Origin: Eledone cirrhosa
Taxonomy: Eukaryota
Direction of reading: 5' to 3'
NCBI GenBank assembly: GCA_964016885.1
Contig: OZ024740.1
Coordinates: 40,362,001-40,426,000, forward strand
Length of the DNA: 64,000 nucleotides
Made by a program: the position numbers and the translations under genes
The notes under the pieces: model-generated
What the model was told of the DNA's origin: nothing
Database searches by the model: none
What the model saw: the letters and a program-made list of their open reading frames with translations, nothing else
Shown: in pieces, positions 39,001 to 54,000 of the stretch
Layout of the letters: the number at the start of each line of letters is the position of its first letter
How positions within the stretch are numbered: position 1 is the stretch's first letter

Positions 39001-42000
39001 GTGTGATATACTGTGGTGGAGGGGAGGTATGGTGTTGTGGAGGGGAGTATGGTGTGGTGGAGGGGAGGTATGGTGTGGTGGAGGGGAGGTATGGTGTGGT
39101 ATACTGTGGTGGAGGGGAGGTATGGTGTGATATACAGTGGTAGAGGGGAGGTATGGTGGTATACAGTGGTGGAGGGGAGGTATGGTGTGGTGGAGGGGAG
39201 GTATGGTGTGGTATACTGTGGTGGAGGGGAGGTATGGTGTGGTATACTGTGGTGGAGGGGAGGTATGGTGTGATATACTGTGGAGGGGAGGTATGGTGTG
39301 GTATACTGTGGTGGAGGGGAGGTATGCTGTGGTGGGGGGGAGGTATGCTGTGATATACAGTGGTGGAGGAGAGGTATGGTGTGATATACTGTGGAGGGGA
39401 GGTATGGTGTGGTATACTGTGGTGGAGGGGAGGTATAGTGTGGTATACTGTGGTGGAGGGGAGGTATGGTATGGTATACCGTGGTGGAGGGGAGGTATGG
39501 TGTGGTATACTGTGGTGGAGTGGAGGTATGTTGTGGTATACTGTGGTGGAGGGGAGATATGCTGTGGTATATTGTGGTGGAGGGGAGGTAGGAGGTATGG
39601 TGTGGTATACAGTGGTGGAGGGCAGGTAAGGTGGAGGGGAAGTATGGTGTGGTATACTGTGGTGGAGGGGAGGTATGGTGTGGTATACTCTGGAGGGGAG
39701 GGATGGTGTATGCTGTGGTGGAGGGGGTTATGGTGTGGTGAAGGGAAGGTATGGTGAGGTATACTGTGGTGGAGGGGAGGTATGGTGTGGTATACTGTGG
39801 TGGAGGTATGGTATACTGTGGTGGAGGGGAGGTATGGTGTGATATAGTGGTGGAGGGGAGGTATGGTGTGGTATACTGTGGTGGAGAAGAGGTATGGTGT
39901 GGTATACTGTGGTGGAGGGGAGGTATGGTGTGGTATGCTGTGGTGGAGGGGATGTATGGTGTGATATACTGTGGTGGAGGGGAGGTATGGTGTGCTATAC
40001 TGTGGTGGAAGGATGTATGGTGTGGTATACTGTGGTGGAGGGGAGGTATGGTGTGGTATACTGTGTTGGAGGGGAGGTATGCTGTGGTGGAGGGGAGGTA
40101 TGGTGTGATATACTGTGGTGGAGGGGAGGTATGGTGTGGTATACTGTAGTGGAGGTATGGTGTGATATACTGTGGTGGAGGGGAGGTATGGTGTGATACA
40201 CTGTGGTGGAGGTGAGGTATGGTGTGGTATACAGTGGTGGAGGGGAGGTATGGTGGTGTATGCTGTGGTGGAGGGGAGGTATGGTGTGGTATACTGTGGT
40301 GGAGGGGAGGGATGGTGTGGTATGCTGTGGTGGAGGGGGTATGGTGTGGTGAAGGGAAGGTATGGTATACTGTGGTGGAGGGGAGGTACGGTGTGGTATA
40401 CAGTGGTGGAGTGGAGGTATGTTGTATACTGTGGTGGAGGGGAGATATGGTGTGGTATACTGTGGTGGAGGGGAGGGATGGTGTGGTAGACTCTGGTGGA
40501 GGGTAGGTATGGTGTGGTGGAGGGGAGGTATGGTGTGGTATACTGTGGTGGAGGGGAGATACGGTGTGGTATACTGTGGTGGAGGGGAGGTATGGTGTGG
40601 TATACAGGGGTGGAAGGGAGGTATGGTGTGGTATATTGTGGTGGAGGGGAGGTATGGTGTGATATACTGTGGTGGAGGGGAGGTATGGTGTGATATACTG
40701 TGGTGGAGGGGAGGTATGGTGTGGTGGAGGGGAGGTATGGTGTGGTGGAGAGGAGGTATGGTGTGGTATACTGTGGTGGAGGGGAGGTATGGTGTGATAT
40801 ACAGTGGTAGAGGGGAGGTATGGTGGTATACAGTGGTGGAGGGGAGGTATGGTGTGGTGGAGGTATGGTGTGATATACTGTGGAGGGGAGGTATGGTGTG
40901 GTATACTGTGGTGGAGGGGAGGTATGGTGTGGTATACTGTGGTGGAGAGGAGGTATGGTGTGGTATACTGTGGTGGAGGGGAGGTATGGTGTGGTATACT
41001 GTGGTGGAGGGGAGGTATGGTGTGATATACTGTGGAGGGGAGGTCTGGTGTGGTATACTGTGGTGGAGGGGAGGTATGGTGTGGTATACTGTGGTGGAGG
41101 GGAGGTATGATGTAGTATACTGTGGTGGAGGGGAGGTATGGTGTGATATACTGTGGTGGAGGGGAGGTATGGTGTGGTATACTGTGGTGGAGGGGAGGTA
41201 TGGTGTGGTATACTGTGGTGGAGGGGAGGTATGGTGTGGTATACTGTGGTGGAGGGGAGGTATGGTGTGGTATACTGTGGTGGAGGGGAGATACGGTGTG
41301 GTATACTTTGTTGGAAGGGAGGTATGTTGTGATATAGTGGTGGAGGGGAGGTGTGATATAGTGGTGGAGCAGAGGTATGGTGTGGTATACCGTGGTGGAG
41401 GGGACGTATGGTGTGGTATACTGTGGGTGGAGGGGAGGTATGGTGTTGTATACAGTGGTGGAGGGCAGGTATGGTGGAGTATACTGTGGTGGAGGGGATG
41501 TATGGTGTGGTATACTGTGGTGGAGGGGAGGGATGGTGTGGTATGCTGTGGTGGAGGGGGGTATGGTGTGGTGAAGGGAAGGTATGGTATACTGTGGTGG
41601 AGGGGAGGTACGGTGTGGTATACAGTGGTGGAGTGGAGGTATGTTGTATACTGTGGTGGAGGGGAGATATGGTGTGGTATACTGTGGTGGAGGGGAGGTA
41701 GGAGGTATGGTGTGGTATACAGTGGAGGAGGGCAGGTATGGTGGAGGGGAAGTATGGTGTGGTATACTGTGGTGGAGGGGAGGGATGGTGTGGTATGATG
41801 TGGTATACTGTGGTGGAGGGAAGGTACGGTGTGGTATACTGTGGTGAAGGGGAGGTATGGTGTGATATACTGTGGAGGGGAGGTATGGTGAGGTATACTG
41901 TGGTGGTGAGGTATTGTGTGATATACTGTGGTGAAGGGGAGGTATGGTGTGGTATGCTGTGGTGGAGGGGAGGTATGGTGTGGTATACTGTGGTGGAGGG

Positions 42001-45000
42001 GATGTATGGTGTGGTATACTGTGGTGGAGGGGTGGTATGGTGTGGTATACTGTGGTGGAGGGATGTATGGTGTGGTATACTGTGGTGGAGGGGAGGTATG
42101 GTGTGGTATACTGTGTTGGAGGAGAGGTATGCTGTGGTGGAGGGGAGGTATGGTGTGATATACAGTGGTGGAGGGGAGGTATGGTGTGATATACTGTGGT
42201 GGAGGGGAGGTATGGTGTGATACACTTTGGTGGAGGGAAGGTATGGTGTGATACACTTTGGTGGAGGGGAGGTATGGTGTGGTATACTGTGGTGGAGGGG
42301 AGGGATGGTGTAGTATGCTGTGGTGGAGGGGGGTATGGTGTGGTGAAGGGAAGGTATGGTGTGGTATAATGTGGTGGAGGGGAGGGATGGTGTGGTATGA
42401 TGTGGTATACTGTGGTGGAGGGAAGGTACGGTGTGGTATACTGTGGTGAAGGGGAGGTATGGTGTGATATACTGTGGAGGGGAGGTATGGTGAGGTATAC
42501 TGTGGTGGTGAGGTATTGTGTGATATACTGTGGTGAAGGGGAGGTATGGTGTGGTATGCTGTGGTGGAGGGGAGGTATGGTGTGGTATACTGTGGTGGAG
42601 GGGATGTATGGTGTGGTATACTGTGGTGGAGGGGTGGTATACTGTGGTGGAGGGATGTATGGTGTGGTATACTGTGGTGGAGGGGAGGTATGGTGTGGTA
42701 TACTGTGTTGGAGGAGAGGTATGCTGTGGTGGAGGGGAGGTATGGTGTGATATACAGTGGTGGAGGGGAGGTATGGTGTGATATACTGTGGTGGAGGGGA
42801 GGTATGGTGTGATACACTTTGGTGGAGGGAAGGTATGGTGTGATACACTTTTGTGGAGGGGAGGTATGGTGTGGTATACTGTGGTGGAGGGGAGGGATGG
42901 TGTAGTATGCTGTGGTGGAGGGGGGTATGGTGTGGTGAAGGGAAGGTATGGTGTGGTATACTGTGGTGGAGGGGAGATATGGAGGTATACTGTGGTGGAG
43001 GGGAGGTATGGTGTGGTATACTGTGGTGGAGGGGAGGTATGGTGTGGAAAACTGTGGTGGAGGGGGGGTATGGTGTGGTATACTGTGGTGGAGGGGAGGT
43101 ATGGTGTGGTATACTGTGGCGGAGGGATGTATGGTGTGGTATACTGTGGTGGACGGGAGGTATGGTGTGGTATACTGTGTTGGAGGGGAGGTATGCTGTG
43201 GTGGAGGGGAGGTATGGTGTGATATACAGTGGTGGAGGGGAGGTATGGTGTGATATACTGTGGTGGAGGGGAGGTATGGTGTGGTATACTGTGGTGGAGG
43301 GGAGGTATGGTGTGGTATAGTGTGGTGGAGGGGAGGTATGGTGTGGTATACTGTGGTGGAGGGGAGGTATGGTGTGGTATACTGTGGTGGAGGGGAGGTA
43401 TGGTGTGATATAGTGGTGGAGGGGAGGTATGGTGTGTTATACTGTGGTGGAGGGGTGATATGCTGTGGTGGGGGGAGGTATGGTGTGATATAGAGTGGTG
43501 GAGGGGAGGTATAGTGTGATAGACTGTGGTGGAGGGTAGGTATGGTGTGGTGGAGGGGAGGTATGGTTTGGTATACTGTGGTGGAGGGGAGATACGGTGT
43601 GGTATACAGGGGTGGAAGGGAGGTATGGTGTGGTATATTGTGGTGGAGGGGAGGTATGGTGTGATATACTGTGGTGGAGGGGAGGTATGGTGTGATATAC
43701 TGTGGAGGGGAGGTATGGTGTGGTATACTGTGGTGGAGGGGAGGTATGGTGTGATATACTGTGGAGGGGAGGTATGGTGTGATATACTGTGGAGGGGAGG
43801 TATGGTGTGGTATACTGTGGTGGAGGGGAGGTATGGTGTGGTATACTGTGGTGGAGGGGAGGTATGGTGCGGTATACTGTGGTGGAGGGGAGGTATGGTG
43901 TGATATACTGTGGTGGAGGGGAGGTATGGTGTGGTACACTGGTGGAGGGGAGGTATGGTGTGATATGCTGTGGTGGAGGGGAGGTATGGTGTGATACACT
44001 GTGGTGGAGTGGAGGTATGGTGTGGTATAATGTGGTGGAGGAGAGGTATGGTGTGGTGGAGGGGAGGTATGGTGTGGTATACTGTGGCGGAGGGGAGGTA
44101 CGGTGTGGTATACTGTGGTGGAGGGGAGGTATGGTGTGATATGCTGTGGTGTGATACATTGGTGGAGGGGAGGTATGGTGTGGTATACTGTGGTGGAGGG
44201 GAGGTATGGTGTGATATACAGTGGTGGAGGGGAGGTATGTTGTGATATACAGTGGTGGAGGGGAGGTATGGTGAGGTATAGTGTGATATACTGTGGTGGA
44301 GGGGAGGTATGATGTGATATACTGTGGTGGAGGGGAGGTATGGTGTGGTACACTGTGGTGGAGGGGAGGTTTGGTGTGGTATACTGTGGTGGAGGGGAGG
44401 TATGGTGTGGTATACTGTGGTGGAGGGGAGGTATGCTGTGGTGGAGGGGAGGTATGGTGTGATATACAGTGGTGGAGGGGAGGTATGGTGTGATATACTG
44501 TGGTGGAGGGGAGGTATGGTGTGGTATACTGTGGTGGAGGGGAGGTATGGTGTGGTATACTGTGGTGGAGGGGAGGTATGGTGTGGGATACTGTGGTGGA
44601 GGGGAGGTATACTGTGGTGAAGGGAAGGTATGGTGTGGTATACAGTGGTGGAGGGGAGGTATGGTGTGGTATACTGTGGTGGAGGGGAGGTATGGTATTG
44701 TATACAGTGGTGGAGGGTAGGTATGGTGTGGTATAGTGTGGTGGAGGGGAAGTATGCTGTGGTATACTGTGGTGGAGGGGAGGTATGGTGTGGTATACTG
44801 TGGTGGAGGGGAGGTGTGGTATACTGTGGTGGAGGGGGGATACGGTGTGGTATACTGTGGTGGAGGGGAGGTATGGTGTGGTATACTGTGGTGGAGGGGA
44901 GGTATGGTGTGATATACTGTGGAGAGGAGATATGGTGTGATATACAGAGGTGGAGGAGAGGTATGGTGTGATATACTGTGGAGGAGAGGTATGGTGTGGT

Positions 45001-48000
45001 ATACTGTGGTATACCGTGGTGGAGGAGAGGTATGGTGTGGTGGAGGGGAGGTACGGTGTGGTATACTGTGGTGGAGTGGAGGTATGTTGTGGTATACTGT
45101 GGTGGAGGGGAGATATGCTGTGGTATATTGTGGTGGAGGGGAGGTAGGAGGTATGGTGTGGTAGACAGTGGTGGAGGGCAGGTAAGGTGGAGGGGAAGTA
45201 TGGTGTGGTATACTGTGGTGAAGGGGAGGTATGGTGTGGTATACTGTGGTGAAGGGGAGGGATGGTGTATGCTGTGGTGGAGGGGGTTATGGTGTGGTGA
45301 AGGGAAGTTATGGTGAGGTATACTGTGGTGGAGGGGAGGTATGGTGTGGTATACTGTGGTGGAGGGGAGGTATGGTGTGATATAGTGGTGGAGGGGAGGT
45401 ATGGTGTGGTATACTGTGGTGGAGAAGAGGTATAGTGTGGTATACTGTGGTGGAGGGGAGGTATGGTGTGGTATACTGTGGTGGAGGGAAGGTACGGTGT
45501 GGTATACTGTGGTGAAGGGGAGGTATGGTGTGGTATGCTGTGGTGGAGGGGAGGTATGGTGTGGTATACTGTGGTGGAGGGATGTATGGTGTGATATACT
45601 GTGGTGGAGGGATGTATGGTGTGGTATACTGTGGTGGAGGGGAGGTATGGTGTGGTATACTGTGTTGGAGGGGAGGTATGCTGTGGTGGAGGGGAGGTAT
45701 GGTGTGATATACAGTGGTGCAGGGGAGGTCTGGTGTGATATACTGTGGTGGAGGGGAGGTATGGTGTGGTATACTGTAGTGGAGGTATGGTGTGATATAC
45801 TGTGGTGGAGGGGAGGTATGGTGTGATACACTGTGGTGGAGGGGAGGTATGGTGTGGTATACAGTGGTGGAGGGGAGGTATGGTGGTGTATGCTGTGGTG
45901 GAGGGGAGGTATGGTGTGGTATACTGTGGTGGAGGGGAGGGGTGTGTGGTATCCTGTGGTGGAGGGGGTATGGTGTGGTGAAGGTATGGTGGTATACTGT
46001 GGTGGAGGGGAGGTATGGTGTGGTATACAGTGGTGGAGGGGAGGTATGGTGTGGTATACATTGGTGGAGGGGAGGTATGGTGTGGTATACAGTGGTGGAG
46101 CGGAGGTATGGTGTGGTATACTGTGGTGGAGCGAGGTATGGTGTGGTATAGTGGTGGAGGGGAGGTATGGTTTGGTATACTGTGGTGGAGGGGAGGGATG
46201 GTGTGGTATGCTGGGGTGGAGGAGGGTATGGTGTGGTGAAGACTAGGTATGGTGTGGTATACTGTGGTGGAGGGGAGGTATGGTGTGGTATACTGTGGTG
46301 GAGGGGAGGTATGGTGTGGTATAATGTGGTGGAGGGGAGATATGGAGGTATACTGTGGTGGAGGGGAGGTATGGTGTGGTATACTGTGGTGGAGGGATGT
46401 ATGGTGTGGTATACTGTGGTGGAGGGGAGGTATGGTGTGGTATACTGTGTAGGAGGGGAGGTATGCTGTGGTGGAGGGGAGGTATGGTGTGATATACAGT
46501 GGTGGAGGGGAGGTATGGTGTGATATACTGTGGAAGAGGGGAGGTATGGTGTGGTATAGTGTGGTGGAGGGGAGGTATGGTGTGGTATACTGTGGTGGAG
46601 GGGAGGTATGGTGTGGCATACTGTGGTGGAGGGGAGGTATGCTGTGGTGGAGGGGAGATATGGTGTGATATAGTGGTGGAGGGGAGATATGCTGTGGTGG
46701 GGGGAGGTATGGTGTGATATAGAGTGGTGGAGGGGAGGTATAGTGTGATAGACTCTGGTGGAGGGTAGGTATGGTGTGGTGGAGGGGAGGTATGGTGTGG
46801 TATACAGGGGTGGAAGGGAGGTATGGTGTGGTATATTGTGGTGGAGGGGAGGTATGGTGTGGTATACTGTGGTGGAGGGGAGGTATGGTGTGGTATACTG
46901 TGGTGGAGGGGAGGTATGGTGTGATATACTGTGGAGGGGAGGTATGGTATGGTATAATGTGGTGGAGGGGAGGTATGGTGTGGTATACTGTGGTGGAGGG
47001 GAGGTATGGTGTGGTATACTGTGGTGGTGGGGAGATATGGTGTGATATACTGTGGAGGGGAGGTATGGTGTGGTATACTGTGGTGGAGGGGAGGTATGGT
47101 GTGAAATACTGTGGAGAGGAGATATGGTGTGATATAGTGGTGGAGGAGAGGTATGGTGTGGTATACCGTGGTGGAGGAGAGGTATGGTTTGGTGGAGGGG
47201 AGGTATGGCGTGGTATACTGTGGTGGAGTGGAGGTATGTTGTGGTATACTGTGGTGGAGGGGAGATATGCTGTGGTATATTGTGGTGGAGGGGAGGTATA
47301 GTGTGGTATACTGTGGTGGAGGGGAGGTATGGTGTGGTATACTGTGGTGGAGGGGAGATATGGAGGTATACTGTGGTGTAGGGGAGGTATGGTGTGGTAT
47401 ACTGTGGTGGAGGGGAGGTATGGTGTGGTATACTGTGGTGTAGGGGATGTATGGTGTGATATACAGTGGTGGAGGGGAGGTATGGTGGTATACAGTGGTG
47501 GAGGGGAGGTATGGTGTGGTATACTGTAGTGGAGGGGAGGTATGGTGTGGTATACTGTGGTGGAGGGATGTATGGTGTGGTATACTGTGGTGGAGGGGAG
47601 GTATGGTGTGGTATACTGTGTTGGAGGGGAGGTATGCTGTTGTGGAGGGGAGGTATGGTGTGATATACAGTGGTGGAGGGGAGGTATGGTGTGATATACT
47701 GTGGAAGAGGGGAGGTATGGTGTGGTATAGTGTGGTGGAGGGGAGGTATGGTGTGGTATACTGTGGTGGAGGGGAGGTATGGTGTGGCATACTGTGGTGG
47801 AGGGGAGGTATGCTGTGGTGGGGGGAGGTATGGTGTGATATAGAGTGGTGGAGGGGAGGTATAGTGTGATAGACTCTGGTGGAGGGTAGGTATGGTGTGG
47901 TGGAGGGGGGGTATGGTGTGGTATACAGGGGTGGAAGGGAGGTATGGTGTGGTATATTGTGGTGGAGGGGAGGTATGGTGTGATATACTGTGGTGGAGGG

Positions 48001-51000
48001 GAGGTATGGTGTGGTATACTGTGGTGGAGGGGAGGTATGGTGTGATATACTGTGGTGGAGGGGAGGTATGGTGTTGTGGAGGGGAGTATGGTGTGGTGGA
48101 GGGGAGGTATGGTGTGGTGGAGGGGAGGTATGGTGTGGTATACTGTGGTGGAGGGGAGGTATGGTGTGATATACAGTGGTAGAGGGGAGGTATGGTGGTA
48201 TACAGTGGTGGAGGGGAGGTATGGTGTGGTGGAGGGGAGGTATGGTGTGGTATACTGTGGTGGAGGGGAGGTATGGTGTGGTATACTGTGGTGGAGGGGA
48301 GGTATGGTGTGATATACTGTGGAGGGGAGGTATGGTGTGGTATACTGTGGTGGAGGGGAGGTATGCTGTGGTGGGGGGGAGGTATGCTGTGATATACAGT
48401 GGTGGAGGAGAGGTATGGTGTGATATACTGTGGAGGGGAGGTATGGTGTGGTATACTGTGGTGGAGGGGAGGTATAGTGTGGTATACTGTGGTGGAGGGG
48501 AGGTATGGTATGGTATACCGTGGTGGAGGGGAGGTATGGTGTGGTATACTGTGGTGGAGTGGAGGTATGTTGTGGTATACTGTGGTGGAGGGGAGATATG
48601 CTGTGGTATATTGTGGTGGAGGGGAGGTAGGAGGTATGGTGTGGTATACAGTGGTGGAGGGCAGGTAAGGTGGAGGGGAAGTATGGTGTGGTATACTGTG
48701 GTGGAGGGGAGGTATGGTGTGGTATACTCTGGAGGGGAGGGATGGTGTATGCTGTGGTGGAGGGGGTTATGGTGTGGTGAAGGGAAGGTATGGTGAGGTA
48801 TACTGTGGTGGAGGGGAGGTATGGTGTGGTATACTGTGGTGGAGGTATGGTATACTGTGGTGGAGGGGAGGTATGGTGTGATATAGTGGTGGAGGGGAGG
48901 TATGGTGTGGTATACTGTGGTGGAGAAGAGGTATGGTGTGGTATACTGTGGTGGAGGGGAGGTATGGTGTGGTATGCTGTGGTGGAGGGGATGTATGGTG
49001 TGATATACTGTGGTGGAGGGGAGGTATGGTGTGCTATACTGTGGTGGAAGGATGTATGGTGTGGTATACTGTGGTGGAGGGGAGGTATGGTGTGGTATAC
49101 TGTGTTGGAGGGGAGGTATGCTGTGGTGGAGGGGAGGTATGGTGTGATATACTGTGGTGGAGGGGAGGTATGGTGTGGTATACTGTAGTGGAGGTATGGT
49201 GTGATATACTGTGGTGGAGGGGAGGTATGGTGTGATACACTGTGGTGGAGGTGAGGTATGGTGTGGTATACAGTGGTGGAGGGGAGGTATGGTGGTGTAT
49301 GCTGTGGTGGAGGGGAGGTATGGTGTGGTATACTGTGGTGGAGGGGAGGGATGGTGTGGTATGCTGTGGTGGAGGGGGTATGGTGTGGTGAAGGGAAGGT
49401 ATGGTATACTGTGGTGGAGGGGAGGTACGGTGTGGTATACAGTGGTGGAGTGGAGGTATGTTGTATACTGTGGTGGAGGGGAGATATGGTGTGGTATACT
49501 GTGGTGGAGGGGAGGGATGGTGTGGTAGACTCTGGTGGAGGGTAGGTATGGTGTGGTGGAGGGGAGGTATGGTGTGGTATACTGTGGTGGAGGGGAGATA
49601 CGGTGTGGTATACTGTGGTGGAGGGGAGGTATGGTGTGGTATACAGGGGTGGAAGGGAGGTATGGTGTGGTATATTGTGGTGGAGGGGAGGTATGGTGTG
49701 ATATACTGTGGTGGAGGGGAGGTATGGTGTGATATACTGTGGTGGAGGGGAGGTATGGTGTGGTGGAGGGGAGGTATGGTGTGGTGGAGAGGAGGTATGG
49801 TGTGGTATACTGTGGTGGAGGGGAGGTATGGTGTGATATACAGTGGTAGAGGGGAGGTATGGTGGTATACAGTGGTGGAGGGGAGGTATGGTGTGGTGGA
49901 GGTATGGTGTGATATACTGTGGAGGGGAGGTATGGTGTGGTATACTGTGGTGGAGGGGAGGTATGGTGTGGTATACTGTGGTGGAGAGGAGGTATGGTGT
50001 GGTATACTGTGGTGGAGGGGAGGTATGGTGTGGTATACTGTGGTGGAGGGGAGGTATGGTGTGATATACTGTGGAGGGGAGGTCTGGTGTGGTATACTGT
50101 GGTGGAGGGGAGGTATGGTGTGGTATACTGTGGTGGAGGGGAGGTATGATGTAGTATACTGTGGTGGAGGGGAGGTATGGTGTGATATACTGTGGTGGAG
50201 GGGAGGTATGGTGTGGTATACTGTGGTGGAGGGGAGGTATGGTGTGGTATACTGTGGTGGAGGGGAGGTATGGTGTGGTATACTGTGGTGGAGGGGAGGT
50301 ATGGTGTGGTATACTGTGGTGGAGGGGAGATACGGTGTGGTATACTTTGTTGGAAGGGAGGTATGTTGTGATATAGTGGTGGAGGGGAGGTGTGATATAG
50401 TGGTGGAGCAGAGGTATGGTGTGGTATACCGTGGTGGAGGGGACGTATGGTGTGGTATACTGTGGGTGGAGGGGAGGTATGGTGTTGTATACAGTGGTGG
50501 AGGGCAGGTATGGTGGAGTATACTGTGGTGGAGGGGATGTATGGTGTGGTATACTGTGGTGGAGGGGAGGGATGGTGTGGTATGCTGTGGTGGAGGGGGG
50601 TATGGTGTGGTGAAGGGAAGGTATGGTATACTGTGGTGGAGGGGAGGTACGGTGTGGTATACAGTGGTGGAGTGGAGGTATGTTGTATACTGTGGTGGAG
50701 GGGAGATATGGTGTGGTATACTGTGGTGGAGGGGAGGTAGGAGGTATGGTGTGGTATACAGTGGAGGAGGGCAGGTATGGTGGAGGGGAAGTATGGTGTG
50801 GTATACTGTGGTGGAGGGGAGGGATGGTGTGGTATGATGTGGTATACTGTGGTGGAGGGAAGGTACGGTGTGGTATACTGTGGTGAAGGGGAGGTATGGT
50901 GTGATATACTGTGGAGGGGAGGTATGGTGAGGTATACTGTGGTGGTGAGGTATTGTGTGATATACTGTGGTGAAGGGGAGGTATGGTGTGGTATGCTGTG

Positions 51001-54000
51001 GTGGAGGGGAGGTATGGTGTGGTATACTGTGGTGGAGGGGATGTATGGTGTGGTATACTGTGGTGGAGGGGTGGTATGGTGTGGTATACTGTGGTGGAGG
51101 GATGTATGGTGTGGTATACTGTGGTGGAGGGGAGGTATGGTGTGGTATACTGTGTTGGAGGAGAGGTATGCTGTGGTGGAGGGGAGGTATGGTGTGATAT
51201 ACAGTGGTGGAGGGGAGGTATGGTGTGATATACTGTGGTGGAGGGGAGGTATGGTGTGATACACTTTGGTGGAGGGAAGGTATGGTGTGATACACTTTGG
51301 TGGAGGGGAGGTATGGTGTGGTATACTGTGGTGGAGGGGAGGGATGGTGTAGTATGCTGTGGTGGAGGGGGGTATGGTGTGGTGAAGGGAAGGTATGGTG
51401 TGGTATAATGTGGTGGAGGGGAGGGATGGTGTGGTATGATGTGGTATACTGTGGTGGAGGGAAGGTACGGTGTGGTATACTGTGGTGAAGGGGAGGTATG
51501 GTGTGATATACTGTGGAGGGGAGGTATGGTGAGGTATACTGTGGTGGTGAGGTATTGTGTGATATACTGTGGTGAAGGGGAGGTATGGTGTGGTATGCTG
51601 TGGTGGAGGGGAGGTATGGTGTGGTATACTGTGGTGGAGGGGATGTATGGTGTGGTATACTGTGGTGGAGGGGTGGTATACTGTGGTGGAGGGATGTATG
51701 GTGTGGTATACTGTGGTGGAGGGGAGGTATGGTGTGGTATACTGTGTTGGAGGAGAGGTATGCTGTGGTGGAGGGGAGGTATGGTGTGATATACAGTGGT
51801 GGAGGGGAGGTATGGTGTGATATACTGTGGTGGAGGGGAGGTATGGTGTGATACACTTTGGTGGAGGGAAGGTATGGTGTGATACACTTTTGTGGAGGGG
51901 AGGTATGGTGTGGTATACTGTGGTGGAGGGGAGGGATGGTGTAGTATGCTGTGGTGGAGGGGGGTATGGTGTGGTGAAGGGAAGGTATGGTGTGGTATAC
52001 TGTGGTGGAGGGGAGATATGGAGGTATACTGTGGTGGAGGGGAGGTATGGTGTGGTATACTGTGGTGGAGGGGAGGTATGGTGTGGAAAACTGTGGTGGA
52101 GGGGGGGTATGGTGTGGTATACTGTGGTGGAGGGGAGGTATGGTGTGGTATACTGTGGCGGAGGGATGTATGGTGTGGTATACTGTGGTGGACGGGAGGT
52201 ATGGTGTGGTATACTGTGTTGGAGGGGAGGTATGCTGTGGTGGAGGGGAGGTATGGTGTGATATACAGTGGTGGAGGGGAGGTATGGTGTGATATACTGT
52301 GGTGGAGGGGAGGTATGGTGTGGTATACTGTGGTGGAGGGGAGGTATGGTGTGGTATAGTGTGGTGGAGGGGAGGTATGGTGTGGTATACTGTGGTGGAG
52401 GGGAGGTATGGTGTGGTATACTGTGGTGGAGGGGAGGTATGGTGTGATATAGTGGTGGAGGGGAGGTATGGTGTGTTATACTGTGGTGGAGGGGTGATAT
52501 GCTGTGGTGGGGGGAGGTATGGTGTGATATAGAGTGGTGGAGGGGAGGTATAGTGTGATAGACTGTGGTGGAGGGTAGGTATGGTGTGGTGGAGGGGAGG
52601 TATGGTTTGGTATACTGTGGTGGAGGGGAGATACGGTGTGGTATACAGGGGTGGAAGGGAGGTATGGTGTGGTATATTGTGGTGGAGGGGAGGTATGGTG
52701 TGATATACTGTGGTGGAGGGGAGGTATGGTGTGATATACTGTGGAGGGGAGGTATGGTGTGGTATACTGTGGTGGAGGGGAGGTATGGTGTGATATACTG
52801 TGGAGGGGAGGTATGGTGTGATATACTGTGGAGGGGAGGTATGGTGTGGTATACTGTGGTGGAGGGGAGGTATGGTGTGGTATACTGTGGTGGAGGGGAG
52901 GTATGGTGCGGTATACTGTGGTGGAGGGGAGGTATGGTGTGATATACTGTGGTGGAGGGGAGGTATGGTGTGGTATACTGTGGTGGAGGGGAGGTATGGT
53001 GTGGTATACTGTGGTGGAGGGGAGATATGGTGTGGTATACTGTGGTGGAAGGGAGGTATGGTGTGGTATATTGTGGTGGAGGGGAGGTATGGTGTGGTAT
53101 ACTGTGGTGGCGGGGAGATATGGTGTGGTATATTGTGGTGGAGGGGTGGTATGGTGTGGTATACTGTGGTGGAGGGGAGGTATGGTGTGGTATACTGTGG
53201 TGGAGGGGAGGTATGGTGTGGTATAGTGTGGTGGAGGGGAGGTATGGTGTGGTATACTGTGGTGGAGGGGAGGTATGGTGTGGTATACTGTGGTGGAGGG
53301 GAGGTATGGTGTGATATAGTGGTGGAGGGGAGGTATGGTGTGTTATACTGTGGTGGAGGGGTGATATGCTGTGGTGGGGGGAGGTATGGTGTGATATAGA
53401 GTGGTGGAGGGGAGGTATAGTGTGATAGACTGTGGTGGAGGGTAGGTATGGTGTGGTGGAGGGGAGGTATGGTTTGGTATACTGTGGTGGAGGGGAGATA
53501 CGGTGTGGTATACAGGGGTGGAAGGGAGGTATGGTGTGGTATATTGTGGTGGAGGGGAGGTATGGTGTGATATACTGTGGTGGAGGGGAGGTATGGTGTG
53601 ATATACTGTGGAGGGGAGGTATGGTGTGGTATACTGTGGTGGAGGGGAGGTATGGTGTGATATACTGTGGAGGGGAGGTATGGTGTGATATACTGTGGAG
53701 GGGAGGTATGGTGTGGTATACTGTGGTGGAGGGGAGGTATGGTGTGGTATACTGTGGTGGAGGGGAGGTATGGTGCGGTATACTGTGGTGGAGGGGAGGT
53801 ATGGTGTGATATACTGTGGTGGAGGGGAGGTATGGTGTGGTATACTGTGGTGGAGGGGAGGTATGGTGTGGTATACTGTGGTGGAGGGGAGATATGGTGT
53901 GGTATACTGTGGTGGAAGGGAGGTATGGTGTGGTATATTGTGGTGGAGGGGAGGTATGGTGTGGTATACTGTGGTGGCGGGGAGATATGGTGTGGTATAT

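Noticed and set aside
30046-45831. 5261-aa extensin/mucin-like ORF as an annotated gene
   Set aside because: It has no unique sequence or signal peptide, is equally open in three frames and lies in an intron. Kept only as a hypothesis in findings.
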